The position numbers and the translations under genes were made by a program. Shown piece after piece: positions 1 to 14,175 of a DNA stretch of 64,000 nucleotides (position 1 is its first letter; the number at the start of each line of letters is the position of its first letter). The notes below the pieces were generated by a model. That model saw nothing but the letters and a program-made list of their open reading frames with translations. It did no database searches and had not been told where the DNA came from. The stretch is from Candidatus Omnitrophota bacterium (GTDB lineage: Bacteria > Omnitrophota > Gorgyraeia > Pluralincolimonadales > Pluralincolimonadaceae), in assembly GCA_030695925.1 (NCBI GenBank), contig JAUYOH010000031.1:5188-69187 (forward strand), given 5' to 3'.

Positions 1-459
1 GAACAGGCTGACGGTTCATTGAAAGTTTATTTGGACGGCGAGAACGTGACAATGGCCATAAGGACGCCCGAGGTCACCAATTCGGTGAGGTATATAGCGA
101 GGGCGAAACCGGTCCGGGCGCATATGGTCACCTTGCAACGGAAGCTGGGAGAGAATGGCGGTGTCGTCCTGGAAGGGCGCGACATAGGCACGGTCGTCTT
201 TCCCGACGCGGACAAGAAATTTTATCTCGACGCCTCTTTTGAAGTGAGGGTCGGCAGGCGCTATAAGGAACTTAAAGAAACAGGCGCAAATGTCAGCGAG
301 GAAGATGTAAAGAATGACCTCAAGAAGCGCGATGACAGCGATATCAACCGTTCCATCGGCCCGTTGAAAAAAGCCGATGACGCCGTATTTGTGGATACGA
401 GCGATTTGACGATAGAGGGTGTAGCCGGCAAGATAATAAGTCTGCTAGATACCAGATAA
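1..459 (+). CDS. cmk: cytidylate kinase, 5'-truncated by window edge
   Basis: VLEGRDIGTVVFPDA and RD..D..R...PL..A.DA..DTS motifs; frame open from base 1. Confidence 0.95.
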   Translation, partial: EQADGSLKVYLDGENVTMAIRTPEVTNSVRYIARAKPVRAHMVTLQRKLGENGGVVLEGRDIGTVVFPDADKKFYLDASFEVRVGRRYKELKETGANVSEEDVKNDLKKRDDSDINRSIGPLKKADDAVFVDTSDLTIEGVAGKIISLLDTR

Positions 460-463
460 ATTT

Positions 464-1087
464 ATGGCCTATTTCATCGTAAGAAATTTTCTCAAACTGT
501 TCTTTAAAATAATTATGGGCTTTAAGGTTTACGGCGTTGAAAACGTCCCTAAGAAAGGCGGTTTCATCCTTGCCGGCAATCATGTAAGCCACTTGGATCC
601 GCCGGCTTTGGCTTCCGCCAGTCCAAGGGTGCTTCATTTTATGGCAAGGCATACATTGTTTAATAACTGGGTGCTTGGCTGGATTATAGGTTCGTGTAAC
701 TCTTTTCCCGTTAGAAGGGGAGAGGCAGATCTCGGAGCCATTAAAGAAGCGGTCCGTCGCCTTAAGAATGGGAAAGTCCTTTTGATATTTCCCGAAGGGA
801 CGAGGAGCCAAAGCGGAGAGATTCAAGCAGCGCAGCCCGGCATCGGTTATCTTAGTCTGATGGCAGGTGTTCCGATACTTCCGGCTTACGTCAAGGGGAC
901 GGACGAAGCAATGCCGAAAGGGGCGCAGTCTATAAAACGCGTGCGTATCTCGGTATATTTTGGTAGTATGATAGAACCCCAAAAGTTAGGTCTTCCGGCT
1001 GACAGGAGGCAGGCGTCTCAGCAATTGGCCGATCATATCGTCGAAGAGATCAAACGATTGGGCGAAGCAAAAAATAAAATCCAATAA
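464..1087 (+). CDS. plsC: 1-acyl-sn-glycerol-3-phosphate acyltransferase
   Basis: NHVSHLD (HxxxxD) and FPEGTRS motifs. Confidence 0.93.
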   Translation: MAYFIVRNFLKLFFKIIMGFKVYGVENVPKKGGFILAGNHVSHLDPPALASASPRVLHFMARHTLFNNWVLGWIIGSCNSFPVRRGEADLGAIKEAVRRLKNGKVLLIFPEGTRSQSGEIQAAQPGIGYLSLMAGVPILPAYVKGTDEAMPKGAQSIKRVRISVYFGSMIEPQKLGLPADRRQASQQLADHIVEEIKRLGEAKNKIQ

Positions 1088-1105
1088 AGAAAGGGGCTGT
1101 TATAG

Positions 1106-2671
1106 GTGATGGTAGACGAGAAACCCGTCGATATGTCAAGCATATACGACGAGACGTTCAAAGACGTAAAGGAAGGCGAAGTAGTAAAAGGAAGGGTGAT
1201 AGGCGTCACTGCTAAGGAAATACAGGTCGATATAGGCTACAAATCCGAAGGCGTGATCTCCGCGGAGGAATTTTATGACCCGAAGTCAATAAAGGTCGGT
1301 GACGAGATAGAAGTCCTCATCGAATCCAAAGAAAATGATGAAGGCATGGTCGTCCTCTCCAAGAGGAAAGCCGAGCGCATGCAGGTCTGGGAGAAGATAG
1401 TCTCCGAGCACAAGGAAGGCGATATGGTATCCGGCCGTGTCGTAAAGAAGGTCAAGGGCGGGCTTACGGTGGATATCGGGGTCGAAGCGTTCCTTCCGGC
1501 GAGCCAGGTATTCCTTAAGGGTTTCGGCAATTTAAACCAACTGCTCGGCCAGACATTAAACTTCGTGATAGTAAAGATAAATAAGCCAAGAAAGAACATC
1601 GTTGTCTCGAGAAAAGACGCGATATTAAGGGAAAGAGACGTCGCCAAGGTCAAGATTATGGACGACCTGAAGACCGGCCAGCTTATCCCGGGGACCGTCA
1701 AGAACATAACCGACTTCGGAGCGTTCATTAATATAGGACCAAGCGTTGACGGTCTTCTACACATAACCGATATGTCGTGGGGCAGGATCTCGCATCCGAG
1801 TGAGATGCTGGCTGTCGGCGACAAGATAGAGGTCATGCTGTTAGCTGTGGATAAGACTACGGGAAAGGTCTCGCTGGGGTTGAAACAGAAGACTCCGAAT
1901 CCGTGGGAGCAGGTCGAGGCCAAATATCCCGTCGGAAACAGGGTCAAGGGGAAAGTTGTAAACCTTGTGCCGTACGGCGCTTTTGTGGAACTCGAGAAAG
2001 GAATCGAAGGCCTCGTCCATATCTCAGAGTTCTCGTGGACGAAGAGGATAGGCCACCCCTCCGAGGTCTTGGCTATCGGCGATATGATAGAAGCGGTGGT
2101 CTTAAGCATAGATAAAGCGAATCAGAAGATCGCCCTCGGCATCAAGCAGACAGAGATGAACCCGTGGCTTGAGGTCGCCGGAAAATATCCCGTCGGCACA
2201 CAGGTCAAAGGTAAAGTCAGGTCGTTTATCGATTACGGCGCTTTCATAGAATTAGAAGAGGGGATAGACGGGCTTTTGCATAATTCCGATATCTCCTGGA
2301 CGAGGAAGATAAATCATCCCTCAGAGGTCTTAAAGAAGGGCCAGAAGATAGACGCGGTCGTGCTCTCGGTGGAGGCGGATAACAGAAAGCTATCGCTCGG
2401 CATGAAACAGCTCGTCGCCGACCCGTGGGCCGAATTTTCCGCGAAGTTCCAGCCGGGAACGGTCGCTGAAGGGGCAATAACGAAGATAACAAACTTCGGC
2501 CTATTTGTCGAGCTGACGGCGGACCTGGAAGGGTTGGCTCATATATCGGAACTGCCGATAGAGCAGAACGCGAAAGTCGAGGAATCATTTAAGGTCGGAG
2601 ACAAGGTCAGGGTTAAGGTCATGCGCGTCGACGACGCGGAAAGAAGGATAGCGTTAAGCCTTAAGGTGTAA
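1106..2671 (+). CDS. rpsA: 30S ribosomal protein S1
   Basis: six S1 repeats (FGAF..GLLHI.D.SW); follows cmk. Confidence 0.97.
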   Translation: MMVDEKPVDMSSIYDETFKDVKEGEVVKGRVIGVTAKEIQVDIGYKSEGVISAEEFYDPKSIKVGDEIEVLIESKENDEGMVVLSKRKAERMQVWEKIVSEHKEGDMVSGRVVKKVKGGLTVDIGVEAFLPASQVFLKGFGNLNQLLGQTLNFVIVKINKPRKNIVVSRKDAILRERDVAKVKIMDDLKTGQLIPGTVKNITDFGAFINIGPSVDGLLHITDMSWGRISHPSEMLAVGDKIEVMLLAVDKTTGKVSLGLKQKTPNPWEQVEAKYPVGNRVKGKVVNLVPYGAFVELEKGIEGLVHISEFSWTKRIGHPSEVLAIGDMIEAVVLSIDKANQKIALGIKQTEMNPWLEVAGKYPVGTQVKGKVRSFIDYGAFIELEEGIDGLLHNSDISWTRKINHPSEVLKKGQKIDAVVLSVEADNRKLSLGMKQLVADPWAEFSAKFQPGTVAEGAITKITNFGLFVELTADLEGLAHISELPIEQNAKVEESFKVGDKVRVKVMRVDDAERRIALSLKV

Positions 2672-2673
2672 AG

Positions 2674-3936
2674 ATGGAAGATACAAAAAAGCAGCTGGAG
2701 ACAATAAAACGCGGCGCTGTCGAGATAATCTCGGAGCACGCTTTAGTTGAGAAACTAAAGAAGGGGAAGCCCCTTATCATAAAAGCCGGGTTTGACCCGA
2801 CAGCGCCGGATATCCATCTGGGCCACACCGTCCTTTTAAGGAAGCTCAGGCATTTTCAGGACTTGGGACACAAGGTTATCTTTCTCATCGGCGACGCGAC
2901 TGCTTTGGTGGGCGATCCTTCCGGGCAGTCTTCTACGCGAAAGACGATGACTTGGGATGAAGTGGATAAAAACGCGATAACCTATGAAAAACAAGTCAGT
3001 AAAATTTTAAATACTGAAGATAGTAAGATGTTTGAACGCCGACATAATAGCGAGTGGTTTTCGAGACATGGCCATACAGAGAAGGAATTTCCACCATTTA
3101 CCTTTGAGCAGTTTGTCGAACTTGCCCAACGCTACACGGTGGCGCGGCTTTTAGAGAGAGACGATTTTCAGAAGAGGTTAAAAGAAAATAAACCGATAAG
3201 TTTTCTCGAATTATTCTATCCGCTTATGCAAGGCTACGATTCCGTTAGAATAGCTAAACTCTTCGGCAGTTGTGACGTTGAAATAGGCGGGACCGACCAG
3301 AAATTCAATATGTTAGTTGGCCGAGACCTGCAGCAATCTTATGTGCAAGAACCGCAGGTCGTCATCACTATGCCGCTTTTGGTCGGCACCGACGGTGCCG
3401 CCAAAATGTCCAAGTCATACGGCAATCATATCGGTATCAACGAACCTGCCAGCGAGATATACGGCAAGACAATGTCTATCCCCGACGATGTGATGTCCCT
3501 GTATTACGAGCTCCTCACCGACGTCCCGCTGGATGAGATAGAGGCTATGAAGAAGGGGATAAAGGACGGGACTGTCCATCCCAAGGAAGCCAAATCACGC
3601 CTGGGTATGATGTTGGTCGAGATGTATCACTCGAAAGAAGAGGCGGTCAAATCCAGAGATAATTTCGAGCGCCTATTTAAAGAAAAAAAGATTCCGAATG
3701 AGATCCAGGATTTGCCCTATCCCGAGAGCAAACTCAAGGATGGTAAAATCTGGCTTCCTGAAGCTTTGAAAACTGGTGCATTGGCAGGAACTAATAGCGA
3801 AGCAATTAGGCTCATTAAGCAGGGTGGTGTTAAGATAGATGGCAAGAAAGTTACCGTTACCGAAGTTGATGCTGTCGACGGTATGATTATCCAGGTTGGC
3901 AAGCGTAATTTCGTGAAGTTCCGTATCAAAAAATAA
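2674..3936 (+). CDS. tyrS: tyrosine--tRNA ligase
   Basis: GFDPTAPDIHLGH, GGTDQKFN, KMSKS, C-terminal S4 domain. Confidence 0.97.
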   Translation: MEDTKKQLETIKRGAVEIISEHALVEKLKKGKPLIIKAGFDPTAPDIHLGHTVLLRKLRHFQDLGHKVIFLIGDATALVGDPSGQSSTRKTMTWDEVDKNAITYEKQVSKILNTEDSKMFERRHNSEWFSRHGHTEKEFPPFTFEQFVELAQRYTVARLLERDDFQKRLKENKPISFLELFYPLMQGYDSVRIAKLFGSCDVEIGGTDQKFNMLVGRDLQQSYVQEPQVVITMPLLVGTDGAAKMSKSYGNHIGINEPASEIYGKTMSIPDDVMSLYYELLTDVPLDEIEAMKKGIKDGTVHPKEAKSRLGMMLVEMYHSKEEAVKSRDNFERLFKEKKIPNEIQDLPYPESKLKDGKIWLPEALKTGALAGTNSEAIRLIKQGGVKIDGKKVTVTEVDAVDGMIIQVGKRNFVKFRIKK

Positions 3937-3948
3937 GTAAAAAAATGC

Positions 3949-3977
3949 TTGACAAGCTCTTGGCCCAATGGTATATT
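3949..3977 (+). promoter_or_regulatory. sigma70 promoter of rrn operon
   Basis: TTGACA(3949)-17 nt-TATATT(3972), preceded by A-tracts (UP-like). Confidence 0.8.
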
Positions 3978-4252
3978 TAACAGTTACCAAAGCGGTAAGT
4001 TGTGTTTATTGCCGTAGTTTGGGATGGCATTCTTTCGCGTTTAAATTAACGTAGCTTCGCTGCCAGGAAGGAGAAAGAAGAGTTTGAAAAAACTCTTTGA
4101 TAATTCTGGATGATTTAAAATAAGAGAGGATGCGGCAGGGCCGAAAATTCAAGGCATCGTCTTCGATGCCTTTTTTATTTCTAAATTTTCCGATCTTTGA
4201 AAATTAAATAGCCAAGTTCAACTTTAGCGAGAAAGTCAAGGGTTAACTCATA

Positions 4253-5818
<1,566 letters not shown>

Positions 5819-5918
5819 CTAAGGAGTAATCCTTACAGAAAGACACTAGAAGTAAATAATCCTTACTTTCAAGCTATCGTTGCTTGGCTATTTAATTTTT
5901 TATTGGTGTACCAACTGC

Positions 5919-5995
5919 GGGCCCATAGCTCAGTTGGTTAGAGCACAGCCCTGATAAGACTGGGGTCAGTGGTTCGAATCCACTTGGGCCCACCA
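5919..5995 (+). tRNA. tRNA-Ile(GAT)
   Basis: cloverleaf, GAT anticodon, encoded CCA, in 16S-23S spacer. Confidence 0.96.
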
Positions 5996-6010
5996 GACTT
6001 AGAAAGATTT

Positions 6011-6086
6011 GGGCCTGTAGCTCAGCTGGAAGAGCACCTGATTTGCATTCAGGGGGTCAGGAGTTCAAGTCTCCTCAGGTCCACCA
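6011..6086 (+). tRNA. tRNA-Ala(TGC)
   Basis: cloverleaf, TGC anticodon, G3:U70 identity pair, CCA. Confidence 0.97.
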
Positions 6087-6167
6087 ATAACACAAAGAGA
6101 TTTATCGCTCTTTGACAACTGCATAGTAATTTAGGTCTTTTTGGCTACAATTTCGACGAGAATTTGT

Positions 6168-9174
<3,007 letters not shown>

Positions 9175-9229
9175 CTTTTTTTAATCAAAATTGTAGCCAG
9201 ATCTTTTACTATGCAGTTGTCGATAAATT

Positions 9230-9347
9230 TCCTGGTGGTAATACCGAGGGGGTCACACCCGTTCCCATTCCGAATACGGAAGTTAAGCCCCTCAGGGCCG
9301 ATGGTACTTAGCTGGTAACGGTTCGGGAGAGTAGGACGTCGCCGGGA
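9230..9347 (+). rRNA. rrf: 5S rRNA
   Basis: tcctggtgg...cccgttcccattccgaatacggaagttaag...gatggtac...gagagtagg...gccggga. Confidence 0.97.
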
Positions 9348-9353
9348 TTAATT

Positions 9354-9385
9354 AAAGGCTTGCTAAAAATTTAGCAAGCCTTTTT
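9354..9385 (+). terminator. rrn intrinsic terminator 1
   Basis: aaaggcttgctaaa/tttagcaagccttt stem followed by T run. Confidence 0.85.
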
Positions 9386-9394
9386 ATTTGTGCT

Positions 9395-9591
9395 GCGGCG
9401 TCCTACTCTTAAAAAGGGAGTTTCAGAGGGAAAAGATCGTTTTCCCTCTGAAGGCTTGACTCTTCCTTGCGGACGGAAGATAAATACTAAAAAGAAACCA
9501 TCAGGGTTTCCTTTTAGGGAGCGAGGCGCAAGCCAAGCGACGTTGCAGGGGAGATGGATTTCCGAGCGACAGAGTAGCGACGTCGCCGGGA
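9395..9591. repeat. structured element bounded by antisense (9395-9409) and sense (9571-9591) copies of the 5S rRNA 3' tail
   Basis: direct comparison with 9328-9347; several internal hairpins. Confidence 0.75.
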
Positions 9592-9598
9592 ATAATAT

Positions 9599-9634
9599 AA
9601 AGCCTGCTGTTATTAATTTAATAGCAGGCTTTTT
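9599..9634 (+). terminator. intrinsic terminator 2 after the duplicated 5S tail
   Basis: aaagcctgctgtta/taatagcaggcttt stem followed by T run. Confidence 0.75.
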
Positions 9635-9668
9635 GCTTTTATCTGCGGCGGACTCCCTCTTTATAACC

Positions 9669-9698
9669 TTGACATTTAACGGCTCTATGCGTTATTAT
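9669..9698 (+). promoter_or_regulatory. putative sigma70 promoter for prepilin/EF-G paralog (near-leaderless)
   Basis: TTGACA(9669)-18 nt-TATTAT(9693); ATG at 9707 with no SD. Confidence 0.5.
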
Positions 9699-9706
9699 TT
9701 TAAATC

Positions 9707-10141
9707 ATGAGGAAGGGCTTTACGCTTATCGAGATGACGATAGTCCTCGTCATTATCCTCGCTTTTTTGGCGATGAGTGTTCCTTTTTTCGCGAATTTCT
9801 CTTCCGCGACCGGCATCAATACCGCTACGCGCGAGATCTCGACCCTGCTTAGGACGACGCGCAGTTACGCCATCGCGAAAAATGAAAATTATGACGCCGT
9901 ATTCGATACTACCACCACTCCTAACAGATTCTGGATACGGGATTCGGCGACGACTACTATGGTCGGTAAGGGCCTTTCACTTCCTACCGGTGTGACATTT
10001 AATGCGCCTGTAACGGTGACTTTTACTTCAACGGGGGGTATAACCGGCAGTGCCGATGTTACCATTACGATTGGGAATGCCAAGGGGAAGACCAAGACAA
10101 TAAAAGTTTACTACGTGACAGGGATGGTGGAGATCCAGTAG
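9707..10141 (+). CDS. type IV prepilin-like protein (GspH/FimT-like minor pseudopilin)
   Basis: KG|FTLIE prepilin cleavage site, hydrophobic helix, R..AI motif, C-terminal TG.V. Confidence 0.85.
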   Translation: MRKGFTLIEMTIVLVIILAFLAMSVPFFANFSSATGINTATREISTLLRTTRSYAIAKNENYDAVFDTTTTPNRFWIRDSATTTMVGKGLSLPTGVTFNAPVTVTFTSTGGITGSADVTITIGNAKGKTKTIKVYYVTGMVEIQ

Positions 10142-10143
10142 AT

Positions 10144-12222
10144 ATGGAAAGATATCCCACGCAGAATATCCGGAACATAATCTTTGTTTCCCATTCTGGT
10201 TCAGGGAAAACCTCTCTTATTGAAACGTTGCTATTCAATGCCAAGATGACCACCCGTTTAGGGAAGGTCGCCGAAGGAAATACCCACTCAGATTATAATA
10301 GTGATGAGATAGAGAGAAAAATCTCCATCAGTTCAAAGCTTCTTCACGCCGTCTGGAAGAATACGAGGATCCACCTTTTGGATACGCCGGGATACGCGGA
10401 TTTTGTCGGCGAGGTGCTCGCCCCCTTGCGCGCAGCCGACGCGGCAATCCTGATAATAGAGGCGGTCCACGGGATAGAGGTAGGCACCGAGCGCGTCTGG
10501 GAATTTCTGGAGACGAGAGGCCTTCCGCGGCTTATCTTCATAAATAAACTCGATAAAGAAAATTCCAGTTTCGAGAACACCTTAAACTCAATCCGCGATA
10601 GATTCGGAAGGCAATGCGTGGCGCTTGAGTATCCTCTCGGCGAACACGCCTCATTTAAGGGTGTCGCGAATATATTATCCAAGGACGAGTTGGCTAAACT
10701 CGCGGAGCCCGATAAATCAAAAGCTGAGAAATTAAGGGAGGAATTACTTGACGCTGTTGTCGAGACGGATGATACCTTGACCGAGAAATATCTTGAAGGC
10801 AAGGAATTATCCGCCGATGAGATAACAAAAGCCCTGAAATCCGCCTGCGTAAACGGCAAAGTCATACCCGTTTTTTGCGGTTCGGCGATTCAGAATATAG
10901 CGATAACGCCGTTACTGGACGCGATTACAGATTTATTGCCGTCACCGGCAGAGCGCCCGGCTGCAGAAGGTGTACACCCCAAGACAAAAGAGCCACAAAA
11001 AAGAAACCCCGCCGATACCGAACCGTTCTCGGCTTTTATTTACAAAGACCTCTTCGATCCTTACGTAGGCCATCTGACGCTCTTCAAAGTATTTTCCGGA
11101 ATGATAGATTCTAACACGGGTTTTTACAATTCCACAAGGGACCTTAAGGAGAGGATAGGCCAGTTATATGTCTTGCAAGGCAAGGAGCAGATCCCCGTCG
11201 AGAAGGCTGGCGCCGGCGATATAGTGGCGGTCGCAAAACTCAAGGACTCTCATACTAATGACACGATATGCGACGAAAAACAAACCATCCTGTTTGAACC
11301 TACGGTTTTTCCGGAGCCGGCCATCTCGAGTTCGGTAAAGCCCAAGACCCGTCATGATGAAGAGAAGATAATGGGAGCGTTACACCGCCTTGCCGCGGAG
11401 GATCCGACTTTCAAGATCAGCCGCGACGAACAGACGCATGAACTGGTCATATCGGGTATGGGCGACCTGCATCTTGATGTCATGGTAGACAGGATGAGGA
11501 AGCGCTTCGGTGTCGATGTGGAAGTAGGCACTCCTAAAGTCCCGTATAAAGAGACCATCAAGAAGTCCGTGAGGGTGCAGGGCAAGTTCAAGAGGCAGTC
11601 CGGCGGGCGCGGCCAATACGGTGACTGTTGGCTGGAACTCGAGCCCCTGCCGCACGGGAAACAATTTGAGTTTGTGGATAAGGTCGTGGGCGGAGCGATA
11701 CCGAGGCAGTATATACCTTCGGTCGAAAAGGGAGTAAGGGAAGCGATGAACAAAGGTTCCCTCTCTGGATATCCCGTCGTCGATGTCAGGGTCACCGTAT
11801 GCGACGGCTCTTTCCATGAGGTCGACTCCTCGGATATGGCGTTCCAAATAGCCGGTTCCATGGCCTTTAAGAGCGGGCAGGAGCAGGCCGGCCCGGTCTT
11901 GCTCGAACCTGTAATGAGCGTAGAGATAATCGTGCCCAACGATTATCTCGGCCAGATCACCGGAGATATAAATTCGCGGCGCGGCAGGATAATGGGTATA
12001 GAAGGCAGGGGTAAGCAGGAATACGTTAAGGCCACTATCCCCTTAGCCGAGATGTTCAAATATGCCACCGAGCTTCGTTCGATGACCGGCGGCCGCGGCT
12101 CATATTCCATGAAGTTCGACCACTACGATGAAGTCCCCGCGAAGATAACTCAGATGATAGTCGCCCAGACCAAGAAGTCCACCGAAGAAGTCCACGCGCA
12201 CAACCACGAGCACCATAAGTAG
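10144..12222 (+). CDS. fusA: elongation factor G paralog (EF-G2-like)
   Basis: 692 aa; DTPG, NKLD, GMGDLHL, QSGGRGQYG; divergent G1 SHSGSGKTS and G2 RKISI; outside the str operon. Confidence 0.9.
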   Translation: MERYPTQNIRNIIFVSHSGSGKTSLIETLLFNAKMTTRLGKVAEGNTHSDYNSDEIERKISISSKLLHAVWKNTRIHLLDTPGYADFVGEVLAPLRAADAAILIIEAVHGIEVGTERVWEFLETRGLPRLIFINKLDKENSSFENTLNSIRDRFGRQCVALEYPLGEHASFKGVANILSKDELAKLAEPDKSKAEKLREELLDAVVETDDTLTEKYLEGKELSADEITKALKSACVNGKVIPVFCGSAIQNIAITPLLDAITDLLPSPAERPAAEGVHPKTKEPQKRNPADTEPFSAFIYKDLFDPYVGHLTLFKVFSGMIDSNTGFYNSTRDLKERIGQLYVLQGKEQIPVEKAGAGDIVAVAKLKDSHTNDTICDEKQTILFEPTVFPEPAISSSVKPKTRHDEEKIMGALHRLAAEDPTFKISRDEQTHELVISGMGDLHLDVMVDRMRKRFGVDVEVGTPKVPYKETIKKSVRVQGKFKRQSGGRGQYGDCWLELEPLPHGKQFEFVDKVVGGAIPRQYIPSVEKGVREAMNKGSLSGYPVVDVRVTVCDGSFHEVDSSDMAFQIAGSMAFKSGQEQAGPVLLEPVMSVEIIVPNDYLGQITGDINSRRGRIMGIEGRGKQEYVKATIPLAEMFKYATELRSMTGGRGSYSMKFDHYDEVPAKITQMIVAQTKKSTEEVHAHNHEHHK

Positions 12223-12244
12223 CTTTATCCCGTCTAAAATTGCC

Positions 12245-12273
12245 TTTACATGCACCCCTTAAAATGCTATAAT
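12245..12273 (+). promoter_or_regulatory. sigma70 promoter of yebC-ruv operon
   Basis: TTTACA-17 nt-TATAAT with TG extension. Confidence 0.75.
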
Positions 12274-12302
12274 TTTACTCTCAAAATGGAGGTTTTTAAG
12301 AA

Positions 12303-13052
12303 ATGTCCGGACATTCAAAATGGAAAACCACAAAGAACAAAAAAGCCGCCGCTGACGCGGTAAAAGGCAGGCTGTTTACCAAAGCGACCAAAGAGATCAC
12401 CGTTGCCGCGAAGGACGGGGGCGGCGACCCAAATATGAACCCGAGGCTTCGCATTGCCTTGGCAAAGGCCAAAGAGGCGAATATGCCAAAGGAAAATGTG
12501 GAGAAGGCGATAAAGAAGGGCACCGGCGAGCTTCCGGGCGTCATCTATGAGACGATAATGTATGAGGTCTACGGGCCGGGCGGGGTAGCGATAATGGTTG
12601 AGGCCTTGACTGACAACAAGAACAGGGCCTCAGCCGAGATAAAGAATATACTTTCCCGCAGGGGCGGAAACATGGCAGGCCCCGGCGCGGTATCGCGTTT
12701 CTTTCACAAGAAAGGATCGATCCTCATCGAGAAGTCGAAAATAGATGAGGACAAGCTGCTGGATATAGTCCTCAATGCAGGTGCTGAGGATATGAAGACT
12801 GAAGATAAGATCTACGAGATAACGACCGACCCGAAGGATTTCGAGAAGGTCAAGAAAGCCCTCGACGACAACAAAGTCGAATGCCATGTCGCAGAAGTGA
12901 CCATGGTCCCGACCATGACGGTAAAGGTCGCGAGTGATCACGCCAAGCAGGTATTGGCGCTTGTGGATTCTCTCGAGGATTACGAAGACGTCCAGAACGT
13001 ATACGCGAATTTTGATATACCGGACGAGATATTGGAGCAGGCGAAGGGATAA
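12303..13052 (+). CDS. yebC: YebC/PmpR family protein
   Basis: MSGHSKW N-terminus, YGPGGVA, TDNKNR; precedes ruvC. Confidence 0.96.
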   Translation: MSGHSKWKTTKNKKAAADAVKGRLFTKATKEITVAAKDGGGDPNMNPRLRIALAKAKEANMPKENVEKAIKKGTGELPGVIYETIMYEVYGPGGVAIMVEALTDNKNRASAEIKNILSRRGGNMAGPGAVSRFFHKKGSILIEKSKIDEDKLLDIVLNAGAEDMKTEDKIYEITTDPKDFEKVKKALDDNKVECHVAEVTMVPTMTVKVASDHAKQVLALVDSLEDYEDVQNVYANFDIPDEILEQAKG

Positions 13053-13549
13053 TGAGGATACTGGGCGTCGATCCCGGACTGTGTATTACGGGTTATGGCG
13101 TCATAGAGACAGGCCCGCGCAGTTTTAAACTGCTCGAAGCCGGTGTAATAAGGACTTCGGCCAAAGAAAAGATCGATGCCAGAGTGGCCAAGATCTACGA
13201 AGGGTTAAAAAGCCTGGTAGAAGAATTTAAGCCGGAAGCGCTGGTGCTCGAACAGCTCTACTCGCATTACAAACATCCGACGACAGCAATTTTAATGGGG
13301 CATGCCCGCGGCGTCATCTGCCTTCTGGCTAAGCAATATGGCATCAAGCTTGCCGGATATTCGGCCACGAGAGTAAAGAAAGCCGTTACCGGCGCCGGGC
13401 ACGCGAGCAAATACCAGATGCAGCGGATGGTCCAGAATATCTTCAATATGAGATCGGTACCCGATCCCGCGGACATCGCCGACGCGCTTGCTTTAGCGGT
13501 CGCTCATGTGCATATGTCTGGAAAAGAAGGGATAGCCCGCATAAGATGA
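13052..13549 (+). CDS. ruvC: Holliday junction resolvase
   Basis: ILGVDPG, TG.G.A.K.Q, D.ADALA. Confidence 0.96.
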   Translation: MRILGVDPGLCITGYGVIETGPRSFKLLEAGVIRTSAKEKIDARVAKIYEGLKSLVEEFKPEALVLEQLYSHYKHPTTAILMGHARGVICLLAKQYGIKLAGYSATRVKKAVTGAGHASKYQMQRMVQNIFNMRSVPDPADIADALALAVAHVHMSGKEGIARIR

Positions 13550-14175
13550 TATCGCACATACGAGGAAAGATAGCCAAGCGTAAAAATTCATCGATAATCA
13601 TAGACGTGGACGGCGGGTTCTCGTATGAAGTGCTTATCCCCGGCTGCGTGATGAGCGCGCTGGATAAGAGCGTAAATCCCGACGGCACGATAAAACTTAT
13701 CACCTACCATTACCACCACACCGATCCCGCGAAGAGCATCCCGGTATTGATCGGATTCTTAAATGAGATAGAAAAGGAGTTTTTTGAGAAATTCATCACT
13801 GTCTCAGGCATCGGTCCGAAGGCGGCCGTCAAGGCCCTGAACGCCTCGATCCCCAAGATAGTCAAGGCGATCGCCGACGGCGACTTGACCACTTTGAAAT
13901 CGCTGCCCGGCATCGGAGAACAGAGGGCCAAAGAAATAGTCGCGAAACTACAGAATAAAGTCGGCAAGTTCGGGTTGATACAGGAATACGGCGTGGAAAT
14001 TTCAGTTGCAGAAATGCCGAATTTCCAGGAAGAGGCGATGGATGTCCTTCTGCAGTTACAATACAAGAAACCGGAGGCCAAGGAGATGATACAGAAGGCG
14101 CTCGAACGTTCGCCGGGTATAAAGACAGCCGAAGACCTCTTAAACGAAGTTTATAAGCAGAAGAAATCAAGATGA
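13546..14175 (+). CDS. ruvA: Holliday junction branch migration protein RuvA
   Basis: VSGIGPK and LPGIG HhH motifs; between ruvC and ruvB. Confidence 0.93.
   Translation: MISHIRGKIAKRKNSSIIIDVDGGFSYEVLIPGCVMSALDKSVNPDGTIKLITYHYHHTDPAKSIPVLIGFLNEIEKEFFEKFITVSGIGPKAAVKALNASIPKIVKAIADGDLTTLKSLPGIGEQRAKEIVAKLQNKVGKFGLIQEYGVEISVAEMPNFQEEAMDVLLQLQYKKPEAKEMIQKALERSPGIKTAEDLLNEVYKQKKSR

Noticed and set aside
1106-2671. Internal repeats in rpsA
   Set aside because: Ordinary S1 domain repeats
9390-9710. 106-aa ORF after 5S
   Set aside because: Runs through hairpins, a terminator and a promoter; no SD or recognisable domain
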